A DNA stretch of 64,000 nucleotides from Paraphysomonas bandaiensis. Its lineage: Eukaryota > Protista > Chrysophyceae. Positions within the stretch are counted from its first letter, which is position 1; every line of letters starts with the position of its first letter. A program made the position numbers and the translations under genes. Where the stretch lies: positions 62,001 through 126,000 of the forward strand of contig CBFFRP010000291.1 of NCBI GenBank assembly GCA_965644295.1, given 5' to 3'. The notes beneath the pieces are model-generated. The model did not search any database. It worked only from the letters and a program-made list of their open reading frames with translations, and was not told where the DNA came from. This document shows, in pieces, positions 25,226 to 38,645 of the stretch.

Positions 25226-25633
25226 ACCTGATGATAGACATGTAAAAACACTTGTAGCAGGGACTATTTAGTTGTATATACTACACCATATACGATTTCT
25301 CATACTTTAGTAAATTAAGAGCCTTTTAATAGTGTCTTGTTTCTGGTCTGTGAAATTCTCTATATTTTACTTTTTATCAACTAACGCTACATAGAAAATA
25401 ACTCGCTGACAGTGTATATATAGCCTATAGCCTGATAATCATTAATAGTTATGCCGTTACAATAGCGGAGAATTATTTTATTTATGAATGGTGATTGTAA
25501 TTGCTTTAATGGCGTTTGATATATCCTATAAATAGTTCACAAAAGTCATGTTGTCTCAACTACAATCATTTCCATACAATACTAGATATCACGATCTTAT
25601 ACGGTCAATATATTTCAGTTGCACTGCCCAGAC

Positions 25634-25995
25634 GGTGCACGGAGACATCGCCACATTCCACCACACCATCCACCTCTCAGCACACACAGCTAGTGCTCGG
25701 TACACTTAGGACCTTACTCCAGAACCCTGTACCTCCGAGCCTGGTGGAATCTCAAAGGGGAGACCCCCGGACAACAGTGAGTCCTATAAGACACACGAGC
25801 ACTAAGAACGGAAGTGGTCGCACCTTGGTGCTTGCGGCGACGCACAAGCAGCTTCTGTAGCGTTAAATAGTAGGATATTAGAATTTGTGCTGAGTATTTA
25901 TGGGTAGCGGTCTAACTAGTATGTCTAGCATTCAACTAGCCACTATTTTGGTGCAGGTTTTTAACGCCTATTGCTAAATAACAAGACTTTTAATA
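25634..25995 (+). mobile_element. Fragment of a dispersed repeat family (probable non-LTR retroelement 3' end), homologous to 43883-44295 (-)
   Basis: Shared blocks such as ctcggtacac..aggaccttact..agaaccctgtacctcc, ggggagacccc, a ~58-bp identical core at about 25804-25862, and tttttaacgcctatt. Confidence 0.8.
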
Positions 25996-26883
25996 TCACT
26001 ACTACGATTGCTTTTATGACATTAGTTCTTATTAAACAGTTACTACTACTGTGTTCTTCCATTAAGAGTCATAATTCAAATATCTTTGATCTACAGCTTT
26101 TAATTGCTCTCAAACAGCAAAAATTCAACATTTGCGATTTATACTTTCATTCTTTTTTAAGTACGATATAATTATATATAATTTATTATGATATATATAT
26201 ATTAAACATTTTATAATCGATTTATACTAGAATACTAACTAGAATATAGGATATACGCCAATATTATTATTTAAAGAAAGTATATATAATATATTATATA
26301 TATATTATAATATATTATTCAAGTAAACGCTATTAATTACTATACGCTAATTCTGGTATGGTATATATACATCTACAAACATACTCAAACTTTACTTCCT
26401 TTGTAACAACAACTGTCGTGAGTATGCTTTATTTTTCAAATACCTTTTATCCTTGACTTCTGCGGATTCTCCACATACTATTGAGATACGTTATCACTGT
26501 TGAGATTTTCTTCAATTTCATACTCAACTTCAGTGATAGCCAATAATCTATCTTACTACTTTCTAGTATATCACATTAGTTGTGGACTTACGATCATCTA
26601 CTGCACGCTTTCGAATACCACACGTACTGTAGAATGACGGTTATTTAGCTGAAATCCTACTGGGACTGTTGTATTCGCTCTTACAACATCATATATACCT
26701 GCATGTATTGTTGTGATATTATATATATGTGTGATTCATCGCATGATATTCTCTATGTTTGGTGAACTTTTGCATTAGTTTACTGCACTACAAGTAAAGG
26801 AGTCTTCCTCGACGCGCCTATTATCAATCTCCAGCACAACAGAAGTGTTACCCAAATGTAGCCCCCGACTAGATGCCCTCTAG

Positions 26884-26932
26884 CTGGAACGGTTGCACCG
26901 TGGTGCTCTCAGCGATGCACAAGTAGTTCTGG
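26884..26932 (+). repeat. Diverged isolated copy of the conserved ~50-nt structured core of the same repeat family
   Basis: ctggaacggttgcaccgtggtgctctcagcgatgcacaagtagttctgg aligns with acggaagtggtcgcaccttggtgcttgcggcgacgcacaagcagcttctgt. Confidence 0.6.
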
Positions 26933-27805
26933 GGCGCTTGAGCTTTCTGATGATTCGTCAACTCATTTGAGAGCCCTAAACTAGAATCGTACTCCCATCG
27001 GTTTAGCTGGAGAGAGAGACATCCCGAGTAACAATGAAACTCAAATTCTTCATCTAGCTTTATTATATATATTCTAGTTTGGAAAACGAATTCGTTTCCT
27101 TTTATGCTCGTATAAAACGTATATCGCCAATGACCCCGACCATGCCCAAATATTCTGAAAACGTATTGAAAATATACGAAGTAATTATACAATCGTATAA
27201 TAAGACCACGAAAAAAATAGATGACACTGGAACTTACAGAGTCTTCTTCCAAGTGGATTCGGAAAATACCCTGTATCATTCCTGTTCGTTGCGAAATAGA
27301 GCGATATTATATCCGAGCTTGTCATTAACTCTACCACATTAATGGTCATTATAAGTATTGGTTACCAGGCCCAGACCTCTAGTATATGTCCACTTCTTCA
27401 TCGTCAAACTAGAAACTAGCATCAATTGTCTATTCAATAGACATTAATTTGTAATCATTTATACCATATTTGCTATACTAATAATACGGAAGTTGTATCT
27501 CAAAAGAAATAAGCAGTGCAACACTGCTTATTGCATTTTATCAGCTTTTAAATTCAAATTACTTCATTGTATTAAAAACTATCAATATTATTATAGAGTA
27601 CTTCTCATTCAATAATGATGCCAGTGTTCGCTTATTTGTAAGTTAATAAGATATATCAACATGATTCTGATAAAGACAGTGATCTACCTAATATTGAGAC
27701 AAACTACATCGCCATTGAGACGGATCAGCCGTCATATATATATAAAATGGTTCACGCGCTAACTACCGACAGTGTGTGGCTAACTCCTAAAGCTCTATGC
27801 CTGGA

Positions 27806-30365
27806 TCACGAGGCCTCTTTATCCCGAGGAAGGGGTGGAAGCTTTTCCTTACTCCAGGTACCATCTGCAGCAGACCCATGAGGAGATGACTTCTTCTGGT
27901 GATAATGTGGGGCATTGGATCTACTGTTCTTCTCATTGCCACCTCTGTTATCTCTGCTACGTGAATGACCGGAAGAAGCAGATTTTCCCTCAACAGGCTT
28001 TTCAGTTGGGGGGTTAGAAGAGGGGTTAGAAGAGTTAGACGCCTCTTTCAATGCTGCAGCGGCCGCCTCGGCTTCTTGTTGCTTAAGCACCTGCATACAC
28101 AAATATTACGAACCACATTGTGTTCACATTCACCCAATATACACGTTGTTAAGATGTCACACACAAAATGCATCATGGCGGACTATGTAGTCACCTACAT
28201 TCGCAAATGTTGGTCTCCCACCCCAGCTGGACGGAGTTGTAGTGTCAGAGGTCCCGCCACCCTTCATTAACAATTGCTATTAACTTAAAAATAACCCACA
28301 AAAATAACTAGTGTCATTTATACGAAAAAGAGAACCTTCAGACAGTACGAATACATTTGCTCGGCACACAGAGGCAACTCTTAGCCAGCATGGTGGTGTA
28401 TCATCACTAGATTCACAATGAGGAATACATTGAAATGAAGCATACCTTTCCCGACCCCTCTTGGCGCTTGCGATCTCGCCCTTGGCCCTTTTTATCAGAC
28501 TTGCGGTTGGAGCTATCCTCACGGCGACCCTCGGAAGCTTTCTTCTTGCCACCACCCTCTACACGCTTGTCTCCCCCTACAACAGGTGCGATGGTGTTGC
28601 TCGCTGCCGGAGCTGAAGATGCTGCTTTCTCTACCGTCTTCTTCGGAACAGGGGGTTTATAAGTATCCACCGATCCTCCGCTCTTCAAAAGGACACCAAC
28701 CCAAGAACCGCCCTCAGATTTCTTGCCTCCTCCCTGTTGTTGTTGAGCCTGACCCTGCTGGTAATCTTCTCCATATAAGAGTGATCCATAGTCCACGGCA
28801 CCTGCCAGTACCGCCTCTCGTTGCACAGGGCGACCTTGTTGCATTTGCTCCCTGGTTTCGTCGATAGAGAAGGTGCGCTGCCGTTGCAATAGATCCGTGT
28901 TGGGTGTGACCGTCATGGCAGCGGGATGGTCAGCCTGATGTAACCCTTTAGTTACAATAAACAAATATATGGACTAATTCATACGCACCGGATGAATGGT
29001 ATCTGGTAGAACAGCCTCCTTAATGTTCGTCACTATTTGGATGATGTCGTCAATGGAGTACTTGATATACGGTCCCTGGAAACCTCGTGCAGGGATAGCA
29101 GTGGGACTGGTAGGAGCACTTCCACCCTCTTCTGTACCTTGTGGAGGAAGTGGTGGGAAGTCAGCAGATGAGTTAATCTCAATAGCAGGAGTTGCGTGCT
29201 GCCGGTTCTGCGGCCCTCCAGATCCATGTCCTTCACGTCTCTCTCTACCATGTCCCTTGCCGTGTCCACCTTTCCTGCTACCTTCTTTGTCTCTTCCTTT
29301 TCCTCCGGCCGACCCACCGCCATGGCTATTAGATCGCCTGTCTCTACGAGTGGATCCTTCACCATCATTGCCGTGGTTTTTATCGTGATGACGCCCTCCA
29401 CTTCGGGAATTTGGAGATGACTTCTCCCCGTCGCCATTGTGTCTATTCTGTCTTCTGTTATCTCGATCACCCGCTGGTCCTTGCTGACCTGCAGGTACAG
29501 ATCCATACCCAAAAGCGCCTGCTCCGCCTTCTCCAGATGCACCCGCTGCACCGTATGGAGGGAATGGTACTGGAGGATATCCACCCATTGGGCCAGCCAT
29601 TGGACCTCCCATACCTGGTGTAGGATAGTATGAACGTACCACAGCTTCTGTCTTCAACCGAGCCTTAACAGGAACTCCGTCGAAAGTACGTTTCTTCAGT
29701 TTTAGATCCATGAGAGTATCCTTGGCATCCTCTTCAGATTCCATGGTAATAAACCTGCGGACATATGACAACGCTAACGACTTAACTAGTTCAGTTTGTA
29801 TACCATGTGTCTCCAATCTCACTCCTTACGCTTGAAATCGGCTTGCATCCAGGAAATGAGAAAATCTCCCTGATTTTCTCTTCAGGGGTATCAGAGGAAA
29901 TATCTCGCAAAATGATTGTCGACCTTCCGCTTTTAGCAAGCGCTTTGATTCTACCATCAGTGTAACTAACATTTGGTGAGGTCTTAACCGCCTCGATAAC
30001 GACATTTTCATCTGTTGTGAGAGAACGCAACTTTGCGAACTGTAAACAGAACATATAACTATCTTTGCAACACATATACAGAGGGTTCATACCGACATTA
30101 CTGTAGCCAATGGAACAGAATTCTGTGAATCCATTTGAGATATCAGATACACATCACTCCTTAAGTTATCTTTGCTAAAATAATATTCTATTTGACTGCG
30201 CACAGCAACAAGGAGTTGCTCGGGATCTTCCACTTTCATCACAGGAGAAGTCGAAGTCGGCTCTGTAGTCGATAACGAGCTCTCAGTGGTCATGTCCTAT
30301 AACTAACAGTTAGTTCTCATACATCTCTATTATCATATCAAACATACAGATGCGGCCTCTGACAT
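27806..30365 (-). CDS. LARP4: La-related RNA-binding protein (LARP4-like: La motif + RRM + long low-complexity tail), multi-exon
   Basis: La motif VRSQIEYYFSKDNLRSDVYLISQMD...FAKLRSLTTD. RRM RSTIILRDISSDTPEEKIREIF...IGDTW|FITMESEEDA...VKARLK. The tail contains DFPPLP. Confidence 0.85.
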
Positions 30366-31190
30366 ATCGTTTCAGAAAGTGAATTTGATACCACACACCC
30401 CAGTGCTCCAGAGATGGTCACAATATACTCCAACAGAGAGTTATTCAGGTAGGTAAGGAACTATTAATCCTTCTGTCTATGTATATATATGGAACTACAT
30501 GTACACACAACTCTATACATTATATTTTTTTCTTGACCTCCACACACTTATGTGTATCTTCAAATGATTTTCAGTTTACGATTACATCTACATACGGTAC
30601 ACTGCTGCAGGGACCTGCAGATGCGGCTATGGATACTGCAGATCTTTCTGCAAGGATCTTTGCAATCATTCTATCTAGAGGATCAACAGCATTGCAAAGA
30701 TTTATGAACACTCCAGTGAAGTAATAAGAACTCTACAAGAATAATATTACAGTTATCTGAAGTTATATTCGATTAATATTGTAATCTATTCAGTCTGTTG
30801 TGAGGCAGCACACTACAGAGACACTCATTCTTTAAACTCTTTCAAGCTCTCAAAAATAACAAAAATGTCAAGCTCTACTATGCAGCCACTGTCTCCTTTA
30901 CAATCAACAAATAATAAACGGAAGATATCATATTCCGGGATTCGATCAACCTTGTTTTATCAATACTGTTATTCCGCACCCAAATAGATATTAGATTAGC
31001 CATATCTCGGAATGATACGAACTAAACTCCCGAATATTCAATTTTCTGAAATATTATTACATATTCAAATTATATAACGACTTAATAAAACTAAGAAAGC
31101 CATCTCAAGGAAAGTGTTTAGATCAAAAACATCTTCCCTGTAACTGAGAGCTAATTAATTCCTGGGTTTATAATATTCATGACACCCTCA

Positions 31191-31410
31191 TCAAAGTCGT
31201 ACTCTCACCTTTTCGTGGTGTTCTGGGGGATAAGTACGGGAGATATTTCTCCGGAAAACTAACGTGAGTCGCAAACATAGAAAGCAGATATTGTTCTGCC
31301 CAATGCTTGTGTGGTACAGGGGACACGAATTAGTGTCACTTGTGTAGACGTATTTAGGCCTTGACGAATAAACAGGCATCCGGAAATGGGCCCACCTCAA
31401 GGGCATCTGT
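31191..31410 (-). mobile_element. Small retroelement-like remnant related to 44723-44845
   Basis: gcatccggaaatgggcccacctcaagggcatctg (31376-31409) matches the 61-bp unit at 44723 and 44784. The minus-strand translation SCPLYH...NNICFLC resembles a decayed LINE C-terminal CCHC finger. Confidence 0.45.
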
Positions 31411-32442
31411 AGATTCCTTATTTAGTACTAGTCGTAATGATCACATGACAATCAAATTACTTCAGTATTGTATACTAGCGTACTCCAAAAAAGGCACCTT
31501 AAATGAAAAGCAAGTGGCTAACGTGTGGATAATAGGACTGTAACAATAAATTAAAACTGATTGGCCCTTCTATGGACATTGACAATAAAACAATATTAAC
31601 GTCGTGTACATAATATATGGCTTATTTAAGATAATCTCTAAGGCATGACGCTCTGCTATAGTGAATGAATGTAACCTCTTAGTCGATTCTCATTTTTTGA
31701 CTTGTCCTTCAGCAACATTAAGAACTTAAATAAACTGCATATGTCTTTTAATTTCTGGCTTTAAGTGTAGACAACAAAACACATACACAAGACTCCATAC
31801 TATAAAAGTTTCAAACTAATAACACGACACTCAGTGGACGCTGTCATGAACATACAGCTTCTACGCCTATATATTTCTCTTTCTTCGTCAAGTCTATTGC
31901 GTTCGATGGTCGATAATTAATCCAGCACATATGGTAAATACATACCACTCTACACTGAATGTTGAGATCTGAAGATTCTATATACTTGCAATTGAGTGCA
32001 GTATTATGTGGGATGCAAGGATCGAAAGATATACATACATCAATACCCAATTCGAGTTATGTCGTTGACGTATATGCAATTGTGTGTAACTTTGGACACA
32101 AGGTATATCCATCCTTCTACCTCGCAAATATATAAAGAAGTATACTCTAATAATAATGTATTAAATGTGAGAAAGCAATATTCATCCAGACATATTGATA
32201 ACATCTATTCAACTCAATTCCAATTACTCAACTCTCTTCAACACGAGAATTCCATGATCAAATACTAATGTCATTAGATTTAGCAACGCTCCTATCCCTG
32301 CATACGTTCTCTTCCTTTGATATACCCATTACCAATTACGCTCTCCTCTACTTTCCATTTGAAACATTGTCACAAATTATTATTAGAATTACTTAGGGTC
32401 ATTTTAATATACAGCACAATCAGCAAAATGTACATTATGCAG

Positions 32443-32775
32443 TTATGAACGCCACAAAAGGATATACGTTCCAGGTTGTACAGTGAAATACATATATGTC
32501 TTGATTTCATGAGTTACAAAAGCTCCGAATGATCTTCCGACAATGCAATTCCAACCGCGTTCGTGATCTCGGTCAAACTTTTTCCTAATGAAGTCGGCGA
32601 TTGTTGCATGTACATCTCCAGCAGCAATAGTTAGGGCAAACGCATCCCTTGCGGCCTTGATGGCGTCCCGACTCCACTCGTCGGTCATATCCTCGGCAAA
32701 AATCTGATAAGGGTGAACTTTCTCTGTATTTTTACCAGCACCCTTTACTTTACGGGAATGGTCATCTTCAGCCAT
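32443..32775 (-). CDS. Dynein light chain, LC8/type-1 family
   Basis: EDMTDEW..DAI..A...IADFIRKKFD....GWNCIVGRSFGAFVTHE..TYMYF...ILLWRS, in an intact 110-aa ORF. Confidence 0.92.
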   Translation of the reverse strand: MAEDDHSRKVKGAGKNTEKVHPYQIFAEDMTDEWSRDAIKAARDAFALTIAAGDVHATIADFIRKKFDRDHERGWNCIVGRSFGAFVTHEIKTYMYFTVQPGTYILLWRS

Positions 32776-34725
32776 GGCAATTTAAAAGAAATAATCTCGT
32801 TATGCAATGGTGGACTTTCAATGTACAATATAAGCTGTGATGAGAGGAAGGTGTGTGGATTGTATTGCAATATCTGTTCGATCTCTCGCTTATCATTTGC
32901 TGTTATACACACTCTGTAACTGAAATACTCTCCAAAAAAACAGATATCCTGAAGAGACATATATTTCAGTTTTTGTATTTGTATACTCCTATATATGAAT
33001 GGGGGTGTGAGACAATAAAATTTTCATAAAAGCGATTATTTGTTTCGAAATATTTCATTTTTGACTATAGGAAAACCCGTTAACAACAGAAAACGGCGAT
33101 TTTACGAAATACTACGATGTGTTTTTGTCCCAGAGTATCTCTGTGTGTACACATATATCTACTGCTAGTAATAAGATTAACGTCATCTATGCATATGTCA
33201 ACTTGGCTTAAATTAAGTTCCCTATAAGTACTGAATCTCTAATTGTGTACGATGAACAGTCAATACAACAATGTGAGTGCCACAGACGATGGAATTCATG
33301 TGTCGGTAGAGCGGCTACTGGTATAAGCCTGAGTGGCCTGACGTTTGCATATCTATCTCTACATGTTAATAACAACGAAGGGTCGCCTTTACCTGTGGAG
33401 CAGTAGGAACTTAATCTGCCAGGATTTACAACTTTTTACTCAGAGAGTTTTTGAGTACCTACCGCACCCACTGGCATCACTTGTGTTCCATAAGAACTGG
33501 CTAATATAATTTACCAGTGAATCATCAGCTTTTATTCAGCGCGTATGGATATGTTGAAGCCAAGAAACAAAGAATCCAGTATGATTGCAACGGGTATACG
33601 GTATACCCCTCATGTTGCTTTATATCGGAGATTTGATTCGACACTTGCGAGAGCGCAATGCACTCCCGCTTCCTTTTTACAACTATCCCGATATCCAGAT
33701 ATAGAAACAGCAGTACCAAGTGCGTAAAGTGTAAATACACAGTAGTTGGCACATTCTGCTTGCATACTACAATTATGTATGTGATAACCGTTAGATATCT
33801 GGTCACATCGTTAAGAAATAGATCATAAATAATCATATGCAAGAGACCAATTTAGACTTCAGAATATGATGGTTACGCACGAAGGGATTCCATTTGGTTC
33901 GTTTAGATGGCAGTCTGTTCCATATAGAGAACCATCGTCCACTCGTATTGTACTTATAGAAAAACATGTATTGCAATACTAAGAAAGGACGGAATAAATT
34001 TGGACCCGCTAGTTAGTAGTTAGTGTTGATTAAGCTGTAGCTATACCTTTTGTTTTACTGGTAGATACAATGTTATTTCCTCGTTTTTATTTAACTATTA
34101 TGTTCTGATACAATAGTTACAGGTTACACCATATTACCCGCTTATCATTTTAGAAAGGAAACGACACTAAACAGTATAGCTGAAATTAGAGTGCGCTTCT
34201 TGTATTTTTAACATACTGCTCTGTGAGATGAATTGCAGTTGCCGTTAGCGTTCCATGTTTAATAACTCTATTCTACAAAAAAATATACCGTGACGAATAA
34301 TGAATTCTAATTTACACGTAAATGATGCATCCGCGTAGAAATGGAGAGAGTTGTTTAAAAAACTACTCACCAACAAAATCTAATAACTTGCGAAATAATT
34401 ATTAATTAACAATTACAAATAAATTCAGCGCAGAAATTTGACGTTTAATAATACCTGAAGTATGGTAAAAGTCTGTAAAAACATCAGCAAATAATGGTAT
34501 CGAATGTAATAAAGCAAAACGAGCAGCACCTCTCCACGCGCTCTATATGGGTGCAAGCATTCAATTACTAATATACCTGAGCAGCATCGTCTTCTAAATT
34601 TAAACTTTTAATCAGATATATACAAAAAAAAGAAGGTTCCGTTACACTTTTCGTCAAAGTGTGTACTTGTTCTTTGCAAGAAAGTGGACCCACAATTGCA
34701 TCACATCAACCAAGTTGCCGCATAC

Positions 34726-36210
34726 TTAGCTGGAATGTTCCAATTGTGTAATTATTTTCTTACCCCATCCACATCGGTCCAGAAGGTGACTACAGGGTCG
34801 AAGCGCATTTATGAGCTGATTCTTCATCGAGTCAGGGACATTGGTGAGTGCTGTCTGCAGAACAAAGTTTCCATACTTGTCTGTTACAAGTCCCATGATG
34901 TTTCCCGGTGCACATATTTCGTTTACATATTGCGCTTTAATAGTCAACGGGGCTATACATATATATTACATCATCACATCATTTATAGACACATGCAACT
35001 TACCTACAGTAAAACATCGCTCCATGACTACAGAAGAGCATTTCTGCTTCGACAATTGTACAAAGCAGCCAATACACTTACAGCACACAATCTGACTCAG
35101 TGTAGGACAATGCTCAAGCAACGTTTGAATAACATAGTTTCCATAAGTATCCTAGAGCGATGGTTACTCAGACATGTAGAATGTAATGGACAAGTACCTG
35201 CATCATAGAAAGAGCTTCGTTGGCAATTACTTCAGACAAATAAGATGTTTCTGGCATGGTGGATATTGCTATTTGAATCACAGTATTTCCATACTGATCC
35301 AAGCAAAGTGTTCGATAACATGATAGTAAAGAGTGTATTATTTGTCCCTTACTATGGACATTAAAATATTCCAAGCAGCGCTGGATGACATGGTTCCCAT
35401 ATTTATTAGTACACATGGAATCCACAAAAGGAGATATATTTCGAACAAATAGTCGCGTTAGTTCAGTATTAGAGGATAGTTGTATCACCATAGCTTGTAC
35501 TGACCGCGATCCATACATACTAGAACATAATACGTCGAATGATCCAGATATGGAATTGATGATATGAAATCGCAGTGCTGGTGAAGCTCGGTTAAACAAA
35601 CACTGGATGAAGTAATTTCCAAAGCAGTGCGTCATTATATGAGGTAGTACATGTTGGATTTCATTGTACATCAATTCCACACAGTGCTCTGAACAAGAAC
35701 AGATCAGGCGTTGCAGTAAACGACAACCAGCTTGATCCCTTGACAATGCATAAACTCGACCGAAAACTTGCCTGACATCATCCGAATCCACAAAATTAAT
35801 ATCTTGTACGCCTACTGAAGGAGCAACATTGCCTGGATAATACTCAAGCATACGTGATACTGGCACAGTAGTGTACATGAGATTTTGGCTGGGAATATGG
35901 ACAGGAACGCTCCACTGGTATCCATCCACAGGGCTATGTGATTCACCCAATGACATGACCTGAGAGAGGGTATTCTGATGGGAATACATGGTAGGAGAAG
36001 GTGCTTGGACTAATACGTAGGATGGATGAGATGGAGGTGGAGGAGGATATGAATAAACCACTGGATAATTGAAACTAGATGAAGTGGTTGTGTATGGAAC
36101 TGTTCCAAGATTAGGGGCATCTGTGTCAGAGTATGGTCCCGACTGATAACTTTGTTGTTGTATAGGAGAGTGAGCCACAGGCACAGTTTCAGGCTTCTGT
36201 TCCTCTGTCT
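34726..36210 (-). CDS. Pumilio/PUF RNA-binding protein with 8 repeats, at least 3 exons (5' end uncertain)
   Basis: Repeats DQAGCRLLQ, HCFGNYFIQ, SMYGSRSVQ, NKYGNHVIQ, DQYGNTVIQ, DTYGNYVIQ, QKCSSVVME and DKYGNFVLQ, ending WGKKIITQL. The N-terminus is P/S/Y-rich. Confidence 0.9.
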
Positions 36211-36620
36211 CGCATCAAGCTCTCTATATAAGTGACCTGTACGTGTTAATGGTATCAATGATCGAAGGAGATCCTTTCAAGGATATGATAAGACTCATCT
36301 TGGCAGCACTAGGGAGTGATTCTTCATTACACTTCCTGGTAAGAGTAGTTATCTATATATATATCTTCCACAAGATCACTAGTAGCTGATGAGATGTATG
36401 TATGTATGTATGTATGTATGTATGTATTATCATGCAGAGTTATCTCTCTACTGCTATGTATGTAGATCACTGTAGGCATTGTCCTCATGCCATTACCAGG
36501 AACATTCTGGACCCGTTGAAGTTTTTTTCAGTTCTAACCACACACTTTCATATAATTATGTCCGGATACAAGATACTAAAACAGGACATATGTATACTGC
36601 TGCAGCTGTATTACTCGTAC

Positions 36621-36755
36621 AGACATCCTTTGTATATTTTTGTTCAAAGATGCCTCTAATATGAGTCAACAATTATCTGTATTCCAGCCGTAGTTGTATA
36701 TTACAAATATAGAGTATTTTTGCTTCCATTTATTTCCGAATAATAAGATGCTGAC
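36621..36755 (+). repeat. ~135-bp dispersed repeat, inverted copy at 60418-60551
   Basis: catcctt.gtatatttttgttca.agatgcctc.aatat..aacaattatctgtattcca..cgtagttgta...aataagatgctg occurs at both loci in opposite orientation. Confidence 0.85.
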
Positions 36756-37751
36756 TGCCGATACGCATATCACAACGGCCCTTCCGCCGCATACAGTACA
36801 CTGCAACTGATACATGGCTACACCTGCTTGCAAAGGATAGACTATTAGCCCCCTGCCCCTCCAATATGCACGGGGTTTCTCATAATCATGCATAGATATG
36901 TAAGTATAGTGTAGCTAGATCTAGTTGGAGGTTGCTTGGCGCCCCGGGATTTTAATAAAGATCAATGCATTGTACAGCTTAACAAACACGAGTACAGCAC
37001 TAGAATACGCCCTCAGAATGAGGCACAAAAGAATGAATTCAAAATATATATGAAAAATGTAGAACGTCATAAATTAGAAAAAAATGACTCTACGTAGAGA
37101 CAACTGCGTTGCTTCCATGCACTGTGGGGTGTCTGTTCAGCACGGTGTCACAGGAAGGTAACCGCAGCTGTAGGCGCGACAATTCAAAATAGTGCACCTC
37201 TTCTACCTTTCTCTCACGACCTATACAACGTGATTTCTTGATGAAAATGATCTTCAAAGTGATGAATGAGGCCAGGGTAACTGGGGCTTAGCATGCATCC
37301 AGCGTGAAGAGTGAGTTGTCATTCGTGAGGGTAAGGTTATAGATTAACCTTACTGCAATTTGAATATCAAAGTTGTAGTTGTAAACGTGTTGAAGTCGGC
37401 GACGAAGTGCAGCGCCCACCATGAACTAATGCCAATTGTTCAGCAGTATGGTAGTTTCTGAGAAGACAGTTAAGGACAAGCAAGTTTAATTACCAACTGA
37501 CATTTTGACCCCTAAGTTCAACTCCTCATAATTTCTGCCTTACAGATAGGTGTCCTTCTCATAGGTGTTAATGGGGCGGAATGTATTCAGACGGAAGATG
37601 ATCACTGTAGTTCACGTAACATACTCTCTGTTCAGCGAAAATCGTCATTTCGAAATTATCAACACGCATGACCAATATATTGAGTGCATTCATATAGAGA
37701 TTAAAACTGGAAAGATACATTAGGAATTGTAGTGTACGGAGTTGTTAGCAG

Positions 37752-37821
37752 CTAAATATTTACTGAGCGTGATAAGAAGTTTTAGACTAAATATTTACTG
37801 AGCGTGATAAGAAGTTTTAGA
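37752..37821. repeat. Perfect 35-bp tandem duplication
   Basis: ctaaatatttactgagcgtgataagaagttttaga occurs twice in tandem. Confidence 0.97.
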
Positions 37822-38279
37822 TTAAACTTATTGAACTAGAATACTTACTGTACTCTGTTCTCAATTGACGCGGTTTACTTTAACTAGAATCAAAACTCGA
37901 ATGCATATTCTTTTAAAAAATATTTATTGTTGTAGCGTACGACTTATAAATTCTGGTAGTATATACCAATGAAATTCTCTGGCTCATTCGCTGTAGAAAT
38001 TAAATATACGCTCAATATTTGACGAGACCTCACATATCAGCGGAGCTCACATCACATCCATCAAGGCTCAAGCCAAGGATAGAATTCAGTTAGATCTACA
38101 TTGTACTTGCATATCCCATATGGGATTACGTGAAACCCCACACATTATAGGGGAGAAGGGGGATCGACCAATGCCACGCTAGGTCTATAAGCCTATAATG
38201 AGTCACACATGGTCACGAGAAGCTCCGCAAATTACATACATAAGTCTAGCATAGCTATAAGAAATCCCGCATACTCTTA

Positions 38280-38645
38280 CCGAAGGTGAACATGGATGGG
38301 GCGGCAGCACACTCTGCGCGTGAGCTATGGTACAGCTGCATTGGTAATCGGGCGAGCGGGTGGTAGAATCAACGCTAAATCTCGGTGTTATATGTGGTAT
38401 ACCAGGGAGTCTACACTATGGCTACACTGTCGGAATGGGCACTTAACTTATCTTTCGTCGTCCTTAAGTATGGTTCCAGCAGTCTTAGTATCACTCTTCG
38501 GAGCGGAAAGTTTTGCTTTGGCGAGGATTAATACAAGAGTAGATATAGTCATATCTACTTTTAAGTCGTGCTGGAATTTATATTTTAGCTAAAATTGTCG
38601 CAATAATAAACTGTAAATTTCTTGCCTAATTGTGGCCACAAGTAT
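38280..38645 (+). repeat. Old dispersed repeat, related copy at ~54283-54500
   Basis: Collinear shared words at both loci: ggtgaac, taccag, acactat, gctacactgtcggaatgg and tggccacaag. Confidence 0.55.
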
